Positions 30,840 through 38,170 of a DNA stretch of 64,000 nt are shown in pieces (the first letter of the stretch is position 1; every line of letters starts with the position of its first letter). Location of the stretch: the NCBI GenBank assembly GCA_041674225.1, contig JBAYWG010000002.1:34841-98840 (forward strand), in the 5' to 3' direction. The position numbers were made by a program, and so were the translations under genes. Below the pieces are notes generated by a model that ran no database searches, was not told where the DNA came from, and worked only from the letters and a program-made list of their open reading frames with translations. This DNA comes from Minisyncoccota bacterium (GTDB lineage Bacteria; Patescibacteriota; Minisyncoccia; Phycocordibacterales; JAACPR01).

Positions 30840-31097
30840 TCAACGGCAACTGTTGATATAGGTCGCGAGCGACAGGGTCATTTCGTAGCTTTCGATATCA
30901 GCATCTACGTCACCTTTAACGGTAACGGGTTTCGAAAAGATACTTGTTACTTTAGTGTAAACAAAAAACTGTTGTCGTTCACTCAGGATGGCTTCTTCAT
31001 TGATGGCGTCTCTGAGTTCACCGAGGAAGTGCCATTGGAAAGAGTCGGTTTTGAATTCCTTTGACATTTCATTTAAAAAATCTCTCGCGCTTTGCAT
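30840..31097 (-). CDS. cassette gene, hypothetical (85 aa)
   Basis: Paralogous N-terminus/UTR to 29576..29806. Confidence 0.4.
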   Translation of the reverse strand: MQSARDFLNEMSKEFKTDSFQWHFLGELRDAINEEAILSERQQFFVYTKVTSIFSKPVTVKGDVDADIESYEMTLSLATYINSCR

Positions 31098-31168
31098 TCG
31101 TTGGTTTTTGGTTGATTGTGAAATAACTTCTTCAATAAAATATAATAAATATTCAGTTTAGTCAATTT

Positions 31169-31200
31169 TGCTCCCTTTAGTGGACGAGTTTAGAACTCAG
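31169..31200. repeat. R11: degenerate repeat (tgctccctttagtggacgagtttagaactcag...gggttg)
   Basis: Partial match to consensus; about 80 percent match to R12. Confidence 0.4.
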
Positions 31201-31296
31201 AATTGGGTTGAAATAAAAAGGGAAGTTGAAATTTTCGGGATTTGGAGTTTGTTTCAAAGCATAGAAATAAGTAATTAATTTTAGTATCATTGGAGG

Positions 31297-31719
31297 ATGA
31301 GTAAACCATCTATGACACCCGTTGGAGCATATTACTTGTTCATATTTTTTATTGTTGGTGTTGCATTTGTATTATTTTTACATTTAGCACTAGTTCAAGA
31401 GGTTGTATTTTTTCAAAACATATATACAAATGGAATTATTATTTTGAGTTTTGTGATGTTATCCCTAGTTGTCCCTTTTAATATTAAGGAAATCATAGGA
31501 CAAAAAATAATCCCAATTTTTAAAATGTTTATAGCAATTAGAGGTGGTAGAGGAAGTTTTGACTTATTTGAATCAGAAGTGCAAGAACGAGCGAGGTTGC
31601 GCGTTGAATTGGATAGTAAAATAAAATCCAATACATTACTTTATTCTGTTTTTGTTGTACTTATTATTATCTCAATAATCGGCTTTATTGGTTTAATGAT
31701 TTATTCCGCAACTTTTTAA
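31297..31719 (+). CDS. membrane protein, hypothetical (only plus-strand cassette)
   Basis: GGAGG RBS 13 nt upstream; 4 TM helices. Confidence 0.5.
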   Translation: MSKPSMTPVGAYYLFIFFIVGVAFVLFLHLALVQEVVFFQNIYTNGIIILSFVMLSLVVPFNIKEIIGQKIIPIFKMFIAIRGGRGSFDLFESEVQERARLRVELDSKIKSNTLLYSVFVVLIIISIIGFIGLMIYSATF

Positions 31720-31731
31720 ACACTTTACTAT

Positions 31732-31786
31732 GCTTTACAATTACTCGGATACAGGGACGCATTTAGAACTTTTGATTGGGTTAGTT
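31732..31786. repeat. R12: degenerate repeat (ggacgcatttagaacttttgattgggttag)
   Basis: Direct repeat of R11 flanking the plus-strand gene. Confidence 0.4.
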
Positions 31787-31857
31787 TGTATCCAAATCCT
31801 GAATATCATTTAGAAAGAATAGGTAAGTTGTTGGTTTTAGCGAGATATTTTGTGTAA

Positions 31858-32355
31858 TTAATTTCTTTTTCTTAATAAACTTATGATTGCAGATAGACAA
31901 AGTATTCCTTCAGCTACAGCTCCTCCGATTGATCCTGAAAAAATATCATACAAAATCCAGCTTAGGTGTGATGGTATAAAAAGTACGCGCATTTTTTTGG
32001 TATTAAGTTGCCAACTTGCTACGATCGCAAATACTCCACCCACAAACGCTGCAATACCCCAAAGTGATTCAAGTGTGAAATATGTAGAAATACCAAGTAA
32101 TAAAATAAATAGCCACATTACAATCGGTTTACCAATCCAATTTGTATTGGTTTTAAATGAAAAGAGAGCCAATCGTAGTGCTGCAACGCTAGCAAGAGCT
32201 GCACCTGTGTATGCCTCAATAAGAATAAAGTGTGTAATCCAAAATACAAAACTTAAAAGTTGAACCAAGAGAATAGTTTTTCTTGAATTAAAATGATACG
32301 AAGAAAACCAGATACCCAAAGCAATTATAGCTAGTAATTGAATTAAAATTGCCAT
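31858..32355 (-). CDS. YgjV-like inner membrane protein
   Basis: 165 aa, multiple TM; resembles the YgjV family. Confidence 0.45.
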   Translation of the reverse strand: MAILIQLLAIIALGIWFSSYHFNSRKTILLVQLLSFVFWITHFILIEAYTGAALASVAALRLALFSFKTNTNWIGKPIVMWLFILLLGISTYFTLESLWGIAAFVGGVFAIVASWQLNTKKMRVLFIPSHLSWILYDIFSGSIGGAVAEGILCLSAIISLLRKRN

Positions 32356-32373
32356 ACATTGAGTTTATCAGAT

Positions 32374-32416
32374 AAAAGAAAAAACGGTGCAGACCTCAAA
32401 TGAGAATCTGCACCGC
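32374..32416 (-). terminator. hairpin terminator (cggtgcaga...tctgcaccg)
   Basis: 9-bp stem with A-run on the plus strand. Confidence 0.5.
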
Positions 32417-32440
32417 TAGGTGAATTGTTTTGTGATACTT

Positions 32441-33154
32441 TCAGAACTTCATCGAAATTCCGACACCACCAGCGATCTCGCTGTTGCCCTGGCCTGTGAG
32501 GGCTCGGGTGGAGAAGAACAACGTTGTGGTGTCATTCAATTCCAGGTTCAGCGTAAGATTGCTGCCGAAGTAAAGTCCAGGAGTGACTCCGAACCCGTCG
32601 TCATAAGACATAAACGGATTGACGTCGACTGAGACTTTATCAGCTACGGGAAAACGAGCATTGATGCCCGTGGAAATGTTCCAACCATTTCCAAGGAAAT
32701 TGTTACTGGTGTGGTAGTAGCGAGGTTGGATATACCAGCTCGTCGCAACTTCATCCCAGACAACAAAATCTTTTCCGAAAGTGACGTGAGCTGTGACGAT
32801 GTCGTCCCAGACCGATGCAGTTGGATTCACATTCCAGATACCAACTCCAGTGTTGAAGTTGAAACCGAGGATTTTGTGAGCCCAACCGAGGTTGAGATCA
32901 ATTTCGTCGCCCGCCGATGTTCCGCCGAGATCTTCAGAAGACCATATGCTTGCGTTGAAGCCGTGTGGCAGATTGATGACCAGAAGCGATTGAAGGCTGG
33001 GCTGGTCACTGACAACGACGGGGACTTGAAACAGCAGGTATTTGTCCCACACGGATGTGGAAACAAGACCTGAAAATTCGTAGCCCATTTCTTCAGCTTT
33101 GGAGGTGTTGCAGAAACCGATTGTAAGTATCACGATGGTAAAGAACTTTTTCAT
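32441..33154 (-). CDS. secreted beta-rich protein, OMP beta-barrel-like (signal peptide, C-terminal Phe)
   Basis: MKKFFTIVILTIGF signal; alternating hydrophobic pattern; ends ...ISMKF. Confidence 0.45.
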   Translation of the reverse strand: MKKFFTIVILTIGFCNTSKAEEMGYEFSGLVSTSVWDKYLLFQVPVVVSDQPSLQSLLVINLPHGFNASIWSSEDLGGTSAGDEIDLNLGWAHKILGFNFNTGVGIWNVNPTASVWDDIVTAHVTFGKDFVVWDEVATSWYIQPRYYHTSNNFLGNGWNISTGINARFPVADKVSVDVNPFMSYDDGFGVTPGLYFGSNLTLNLELNDTTTLFFSTRALTGQGNSEIAGGVGISMKF

Positions 33155-33434
33155 TTGTACAATAGAGTAGGTTTGATTTTGGTGTAGATTCACAAGTTAC
33201 TGATCACTCTTTGAAAGAGTCAGTTATGAAGCTACTTCCAGAATCAAAATAACTATATATTCCAACGAAATTTACTAATATTATAGCAATAAATATGCAT
33301 TATGTCAAGTCTATGTAGTGTAGGTCAAAGACGGGTTTTAAAATGCTATTGTAAAAAGTTCGAACCCTATTTACAGGTACGAGATTTCAGACTGTTGACT
33401 CTATGTTTATCAACGTGTTTTAGACGTTTTATTT

Positions 33435-33466
33435 TGCTCCGCGGACTTGCACTGGTCCGAACCAGC
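33435..33466 (-). repeat. R4 repeat
   Basis: tgctccgcggacttgcactggtccgaaccagc. Confidence 0.65.
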
Positions 33467-33491
33467 ACTTTGAAATTTATTTAATCTAAAA

Positions 33492-33977
33492 TTACTCAAC
33501 AATCTTAATTCTGTCAGAAGAAGGCATATCTTTTGATGTAACCTCAATAACATCTGAAGGTTCAACTTCTTCATAGGACCTCCATTCCATTGAATCAGTA
33601 GTTGCCACTTGGTCTCTTTTATATGGTTCGAAGTTGTTTTTATCAAAAACATACACAAAGCCTTTTTTATCTTTTACCTCTTTTAATACGTCCTCTGAAG
33701 AAACTCTAAATTCCGCATTACCGTCTCTTATGCCAAAACCACTTGTGTGATTTATAGAAACATTTTCTCTATTTATAAGCGCTCTAAAAGTTGCAAGTTC
33801 TGCATATGGAGTTGCTGAAACTGCTGGATTACCATCTAAGGTTGTTTCATCTGGTTTTGACCAATCAGGAACATGTCTTCCTTGTCGTGGTTCTAAGGAT
33901 TTGATGCTTCCATTAGGCGAACCATGAAATACATGTTTTCCTTCTTGCTCAAGTTTTTTAAGTTTTTCTATGGACAT
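33492..33977 (-). CDS. cassette gene, hypothetical (161 aa)
   Basis: Driven by a copy of the tRNA-proximal promoter flank. Confidence 0.45.
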   Translation of the reverse strand: MSIEKLKKLEQEGKHVFHGSPNGSIKSLEPRQGRHVPDWSKPDETTLDGNPAVSATPYAELATFRALINRENVSINHTSGFGIRDGNAEFRVSSEDVLKEVKDKKGFVYVFDKNNFEPYKRDQVATTDSMEWRSYEEVEPSDVIEVTSKDMPSSDRIKIVE

Positions 33978-33989
33978 AATTTAATTTTT

Positions 33990-34060
33990 TATACAAAAAG
34001 TATACCAAAGTTCGAACCTTCGGTCAGGGGTTAAAAATATATGTTTTAAAATAAAGACGA
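33990..34060 (-). promoter_or_regulatory. copy of the tRNA-Asn downstream flank carrying promoter CTGACC-17-TGgTATACT
   Basis: About 85 percent identical to 37330..37400. Confidence 0.5.
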
Positions 34061-34062
34061 AA

Positions 34063-34094
34063 TAAAGTGCTCCGCGGACTTGGGCTAGTCCGAA
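34063..34094 (-). repeat. R5 repeat (exact consensus)
   Basis: tgctccgcggacttgggctagtccgaaccagt. Confidence 0.7.
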
Positions 34095-34112
34095 CCAGTA
34101 TTGTGGTGTGAA

Positions 34113-34146
34113 ATAAAAATTGCGCCCTGTAGCTTGCTTTAGCTAA
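34113..34146 (-). terminator. hairpin terminator (tgcgccct...agggcgca)
   Basis: 8-bp GC stem plus inner stem. Confidence 0.55.
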
Positions 34147-34170
34147 AGGGCGCAGTTGAAAACATTTTTC

Positions 34171-34473
34171 TTAGTGCGGTAGCCGCTTATAACCAGTTTT
34201 CTTGTTTAGGATGCGATGGTAATTGGTCGATGTTGGATGAGGAATGACTCTCACCTCCACTAGTTCGAATTCAGGAACGCTGAGGAGGATGTTGTGCTCA
34301 ACTTCGGTCACCATCAATCTGACGGTCGTATTAAAACCACTACCACGGCTGTTAATCGAAGAAAACATGACCTTTATTGTTTCTCCAACTCGTGGCACTG
34401 CGTTTCTTTTTACATCAACGATATTGTAATACCACAAACCGTTTGCAAAAAGGTTTAATTGAACTCGGTACAT
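34171..34473 (-). CDS. cassette gene, hypothetical (100 aa)
   Basis: ORF between R5 and R6. Confidence 0.4.
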   Translation of the reverse strand: MYRVQLNLFANGLWYYNIVDVKRNAVPRVGETIKVMFSSINSRGSGFNTTVRLMVTEVEHNILLSVPEFELVEVRVIPHPTSTNYHRILNKKTGYKRLPH

Positions 34474-34586
34474 CTTTGATAATTTGGTGTATGGTTTGGC
34501 ACACCTGGGTTCCTCCTAGAACCACTAGCCGTTTTAAAATAACTTCTTCGTTAAATTACAATGAAAAATATATAAAGTCAAATATT

Positions 34587-34618
34587 TGCTCCTCGGACTT
34601 GGGTTGGTCCGAACCAGT
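34587..34618 (-). repeat. R6 repeat
   Basis: tgctcctcggacttgggttggtccgaaccagt. Confidence 0.65.
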
Positions 34619-34642
34619 GTTGCGGGGTAGGTAAATAAAAAG

Positions 34643-34675
34643 GGCCTGAAAGACATTCAGTCAAACAGGCCTTTG
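34643..34675 (-). terminator. hairpin terminator (agggcctg...caggcctt)
   Basis: 8-bp stem with one G-U. Confidence 0.45.
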
Positions 34676-34681
34676 GGTTTG

Positions 34682-35017
34682 TTAATCAATGATTTCGAAT
34701 ACGAAATTCTGAGCTTCATCGGCGTCGCCGTCTGGTCCCATGACGCATTGACACGCGCCGTCTTTTAAAGGACCTTGAATCACGAAACCGTTTTGAAGTT
34801 GAATTTCAATACCCCAAGCTAAATTTAAACTGTTATCTTCGTCTGAATTTTTATCGTGCCGATAAAAATTGAGACCAGATACGGTCGAAACTATTGTTCC
34901 AATGCTGTGTTCCTCATGACGAGTTACAGAACATTTTTTCCCAATGATTTCTGATGCTGACGGAAGACCAGCTTCGGTTAGTTCAGAATTAAGAACTTGC
35001 AAGTTTTGGTTTTTCAT
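34682..35017 (-). CDS. cassette gene, hypothetical (111 aa)
   Basis: ORF between R6 and R7. Confidence 0.4.
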   Translation of the reverse strand: MKNQNLQVLNSELTEAGLPSASEIIGKKCSVTRHEEHSIGTIVSTVSGLNFYRHDKNSDEDNSLNLAWGIEIQLQNGFVIQGPLKDGACQCVMGPDGDADEAQNFVFEIID

Positions 35018-35073
35018 AGAATAAAATACATTTTTTTTAAATTAACATAATATAACATCTATGTCAAATAATT

Positions 35074-35105
35074 TGCTCCGCGGACTTGTGCTAGCTCGAA
35101 CCAGT
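35074..35105 (-). repeat. R7 repeat; abuts the stop codon of the GNAT gene
   Basis: tgctccgcggacttgtgctagctcgaaccagt. Confidence 0.65.
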
Positions 35106-35558
35106 TTATTTAGATAAATCTTTAATTATGTGAGTTGCTTTATGTTCCTCAGTTTTTTCAAATCCAAGAGATTCATAGAGTGAAATTGCGACTGGATTTT
35201 TTGTAGAAAGACGCAGGGATGTGAAGTGTTGTTTTGCTCTGTTTATAATGAGCTTCATTAAAATTTTTGATAATCCTAATCCTCTATATTTTTTCATAAT
35301 ATAAACATGACGCACCCTACCAACTTCTGGATTTTCAGTATAAGGGTCTTGATTTAAACCACCTAATCCAATGATTTCATCATCTATTGTAAGTCCCCAA
35401 AGTTTTTCACTTGGTTTTGAGAAAGTGTTTACACCACTTCGCCATTCATCGATAGTTTTTTGAATAAAAAGGTCTCCATCAAGTGTAGATTCGTTAGCCA
35501 TATCTTGAAGTATTGATATATTCGAATCATTAATTTCTATAATTTTATAGTCAGGCAT
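35106..35558 (-). CDS. GNAT-family N-acetyltransferase (AAC-like size)
   Basis: Acetyl-CoA motif RGLGLSKILMKLI; 150 aa; TGaTATAAT 6 nt upstream (leaderless). Confidence 0.6.
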   Translation of the reverse strand: MPDYKIIEINDSNISILQDMANESTLDGDLFIQKTIDEWRSGVNTFSKPSEKLWGLTIDDEIIGLGGLNQDPYTENPEVGRVRHVYIMKKYRGLGLSKILMKLIINRAKQHFTSLRLSTKNPVAISLYESLGFEKTEEHKATHIIKDLSK

Positions 35559-35580
35559 TATTAAATTATATCAAATGTAT

Positions 35581-35612
35581 TTGCACCGCGGACTTGGGCT
35601 AGCTCGAACCAG
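35581..35612 (-). repeat. R8 repeat
   Basis: tgcaccgcggacttgggctagctcgaaccagt. Confidence 0.65.
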
Positions 35613-35632
35613 TTTGTAAATAAAAACACGAA

Positions 35633-35665
35633 AGCCCCAACCGAAGTCGAAGCTTCGTGGGGCTG
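35633..35665 (-). terminator. hairpin terminator (agcccca...tggggct)
   Basis: 7-bp stem plus extended pairing. Confidence 0.45.
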
Positions 35666-35667
35666 TT

Positions 35668-35865
35668 TCAGATGAAAAGCATGACAATGAACGGAGCAAT
35701 TAAGGCGCCCGTTACCAAAGAGAGTGTCCAAGTTGTTTCCTGTGTCCATTTGCGGTTTTTGTCGATGGACTTGATGGTGAGACCAACAACCAAAGCAATG
35801 ACGATAATGAGAACTAGGCACAAAACTTGAAAACCAAATGACGATGGTGTTCCTGATGGTAGCAT
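35668..35865 (-). CDS. small membrane protein (65 aa) with strong RBS
   Basis: AGGAGG 8 nt upstream of the ATG; two TM helices. Confidence 0.5.
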   Translation of the reverse strand: MLPSGTPSSFGFQVLCLVLIIVIALVVGLTIKSIDKNRKWTQETTWTLSLVTGALIAPFIVMLFI

Positions 35866-35945
35866 CTTATACCTCCTTTCTATTTTAATGTTTAAACTAA
35901 AGAACGAATCTTACTTATATAATAAATATTACATAACGTCAATTT

Positions 35946-35977
35946 TGCTCCGCGGACTTGTGCTAGTCCGAACCAGT
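35946..35977 (-). repeat. R9 repeat
   Basis: tgctccgcggacttgtgctagtccgaaccagt. Confidence 0.65.
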
Positions 35978-36011
35978 GTGGTGGGGTAGGAAAAGACAAT
36001 TGGGATGGTAA

Positions 36012-36722
36012 CTACTTTATAAACTCTTGTATCATTTTCTTCGTGTATGAGTCCACTTTGTCCTTATTTTCTAAAAGGTGTTGTTTACAATATCCAGCAT
36101 CTTTGTTCTTATAAAAAATATCGATTAACTGGGATTCTTCTTCGTTAGCTTTTTGTTTTATGTTTGTGTAAGAAAAAGGGAAGTGTTCATTTCTCTTGAG
36201 TTGAGAATAGTAAATTATTCTCATGATTCCTTTGAGATGATATTGCACAAAACCATCTCCTACATTTGTTGAATCATCCCATTGGTCTCTGATTATTTTC
36301 TTTATTTCCAGACTAATTAATTCATCTGGTATAGCAGGGTTGTTAGTAAAGTCTTCAGTTGAATATATTTTTCCGAATACTTGCTTCCAGTCTTTCATAT
36401 CTGAAAGTAATATTCTTGGATGTATCACTGTGGTAATTGAGCTATCTTTTCCGACACCTTCTTTTAGCTCGTCTTCTCTGATTACATTAAATCCAAAATA
36501 TTTGAAATCATCAAAACATTCATTAATCTTTTCTTTAATAGAAGATTGGTCAATCGAATTCTCTGACTTAACTATTGCGATAATATCTATGTCACTTGTT
36601 TCAATATCAAACTCTCCAGTAGTTATTGAGCCCCATAGATATGCTGAAAGTAATCCATCTTTCTCATATTCTTGAAAGAATTTATTTAAATGCTCCTCTA
36701 GATTGTTTTTATCGAATTTCAT
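36012..36722 (-). CDS. nucleotidyltransferase, ANT(3'')(9)/Lnu-like
   Basis: NTase motif YLWGSITTGEFDIETSDIDIIAIV (compare AadA LYGSAVDGGLKPHSDIDLLV); helical C-terminal domain; TATAAT 6 nt before ATG. Confidence 0.6.
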   Translation of the reverse strand: MKFDKNNLEEHLNKFFQEYEKDGLLSAYLWGSITTGEFDIETSDIDIIAIVKSENSIDQSSIKEKINECFDDFKYFGFNVIREDELKEGVGKDSSITTVIHPRILLSDMKDWKQVFGKIYSTEDFTNNPAIPDELISLEIKKIIRDQWDDSTNVGDGFVQYHLKGIMRIIYYSQLKRNEHFPFSYTNIKQKANEEESQLIDIFYKNKDAGYCKQHLLENKDKVDSYTKKMIQEFIK

Positions 36723-36776
36723 TTTGACATTATAGCAAAGTCTTAAAACTCTACTAATAAAATCGGATTTTTCAAT

Positions 36777-36808
36777 TGCTCCGCGGACTTGGGCTAGCTC
36801 GAACCAGT
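36777..36808 (-). repeat. R10 repeat
   Basis: tgctccgcggacttgggctagctcgaaccagt. Confidence 0.65.
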
Positions 36809-36819
36809 TTGGAATGTCA

Positions 36820-37329
36820 TTAGTCCTGTATCTCCATTAAAACAGAGTCCATTACTTCTCTGGGTTCCATATTTGTAGTATCAATTACCTTGAAACCTAA
36901 GTGGCTACGATTTTTAAAAATAGAAATATTATTTCTAGCTCGTTCTTCTGTTAGGTCACCGTTATTTTCTTGAGTTCTTTTTACTACTCTTTGAAGAGCA
37001 ATATCTGGATTAGCATGTAATTGAAATTTATAACAATGAATTTTTCTATCTTGAGCAAGAGTCGTGTAGAAATCAATCTCTTCCTCCGTTTTAAATGGAT
37101 TCTCAACTATTACAGATAATCCAAGGTCTAAGTATTTTGCTGCCATTACCATGGTTACTTCTCGGGCTATTTGATTATCTTGAATTCCTCTTTCAAAGTC
37201 AGATATAAACCTTTTAATTTTATCAAAACCAACGATTGCTGTTCTAGGAAGTTCTTTTGATAAGGATTTTGATAGTGTGGTCTTTCCAGCTCCAGACATT
37301 CCGTCTAATAGTATTAATTTTTGTTTCAT
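36820..37329 (-). CDS. P-loop kinase, chloramphenicol-phosphotransferase-like (AAA_33 family)
   Basis: LILLDGMSGAGKTTLSKSL...AIVGFD resembles CPT MIILNGGSSAGKSG...LAFGVD; 169 aa. Confidence 0.55.
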   Translation of the reverse strand: MKQKLILLDGMSGAGKTTLSKSLSKELPRTAIVGFDKIKRFISDFERGIQDNQIAREVTMVMAAKYLDLGLSVIVENPFKTEEEIDFYTTLAQDRKIHCYKFQLHANPDIALQRVVKRTQENNGDLTEERARNNISIFKNRSHLGFKVIDTTNMEPREVMDSVLMEIQD

Positions 37330-37400
37330 ATAAAAAGTATACCAAGGTTCGAACCTTCAGTCAGGGGTTAATAATATATGCTTTAAAATAAAGGTGTACT
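37330..37400 (-). promoter_or_regulatory. promoter immediately downstream of tRNA-Asn (CTGACC-17-TGgTATACT) driving the kinase gene
   Basis: Minus strand cccctgactgaaggttcgaaccttggtatactttttatATG. Confidence 0.45.
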
Positions 37401-37404
37401 AAAG

Positions 37405-37478
37405 TGCTCCCCCGGCAGGATTCGAACCTGCGACCCATCGCTTAACAGGCGATTGCTCTACCGCTGAGCTACAAGGGA
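37405..37478 (-). tRNA. tRNA-Asn (anticodon GTT)
   Basis: Minus strand TCCCTTG-TA-GCTCAGCGGTAGAGC-A-ATCGC-CTGTTAA-GCGAT-GGGTC-GCAGGTTCGAATCCTGC-CGGGGGA-G; cloverleaf with U1-A72 and discriminator G as in E. coli tRNA-Asn. Confidence 0.85.
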
Positions 37479-37548
37479 ATGTAACAACTTTGCTATGTTA
37501 TCAATCCAAAAGGCTTATGTCCAGCTTAATTTTTGCTATATTTGAGAC

Positions 37549-37773
37549 ATGTATATTCATTTAAAAGTTCACACCAAAGCTAAAGATGAAATTTTCAAAA
37601 AATTAAAAGAAGATCATTTTGAGGTGTGGGTTAAAGAGCCGGCTGAGCGAAATTTGGCTAATAAAAGACTTATCGAGATAGTTCGGGAAAATTTTCCAGA
37701 AGCAAAAAAGATAAAATTGGTTTCCGGACACCACTCTCCATCAAAGCTTTTTTCAATAGATTTTGAAGACTAA
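37549..37773 (+). CDS. DUF167 (YggU-like) protein
   Basis: VKEPAERNLANKRLIEIV...VSGHHSPSK. Confidence 0.55.
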   Translation: MYIHLKVHTKAKDEIFKKLKEDHFEVWVKEPAERNLANKRLIEIVRENFPEAKKIKLVSGHHSPSKLFSIDFED

Positions 37774-37797
37774 GCTTTTGTGATAAAATAGAAGAGT

Positions 37798-38169
37798 ATG
37801 GCAATAAATTTTCATATAAAAACTACAAATATTGACCTTACACCAGAAGTGAGCTCACAAGTTCACGAAAAACTGAGTGTGGTTGAGAAATATTTACCAG
37901 TTCAAGAAGATAGAGAAATTTTGGCAGAAGTTGAATTAGGTTTAGTTTCAAAGCATCATAAAAAAGGTGATGTGTATCGAGGAGAAATAAATGTTAGTTC
38001 AGATGGAAATTTTTACCGAGCTGTTACAAAAAAGTCATCTGTAGTTGAAGTAATGGATGATTTGAAAGATCAAATTGGAAAAGTGATCAAAAGAAAAACA
38101 AACAAAAAAGATTCTTTGTTTAAAAAAGGAGGAAGATTATTTAAAAAAATGTTGAAAGGACAAAAATAA
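37798..38169 (+). CDS. hpf: ribosome hibernation promoting factor (RaiA/HPF family)
   Basis: MAINFHIKTTNIDLTPEV...; basic C-terminal tail. Confidence 0.7.
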   Translation: MAINFHIKTTNIDLTPEVSSQVHEKLSVVEKYLPVQEDREILAEVELGLVSKHHKKGDVYRGEINVSSDGNFYRAVTKKSSVVEVMDDLKDQIGKVIKRKTNKKDSLFKKGGRLFKKMLKGQK

Positions 38170-38170
38170 A

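Noticed and set aside
35561-35821. 86-aa ORF overlapping the 35668..35865 gene
   Set aside because: The alternative frame 35668..35865 has an AGGAGG RBS and two clean TM helices. This ORF runs into the terminator hairpin.
37340-37362. aaggttcgaacctt palindromes in the promoter flanks (T-arm-like)
   Set aside because: Perfect short palindromes without surrounding tRNA structure. Part of the duplicated promoter flank.
29440-37400. CRISPR array interpretation of the direct repeats
   Set aside because: The spacers are 300-800 bp, vary in length and contain ORFs with promoters. The repeats are degenerate (70-100 percent). No cas genes are present.
29440-37400. Classical integron attC interpretation
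   Set aside because: The repeats lack the R''/L''/L'/R' GTTRRRY cores. No intI/attI/Pc is present. Each cassette carries its own promoter. Called integron-like only by analogy.
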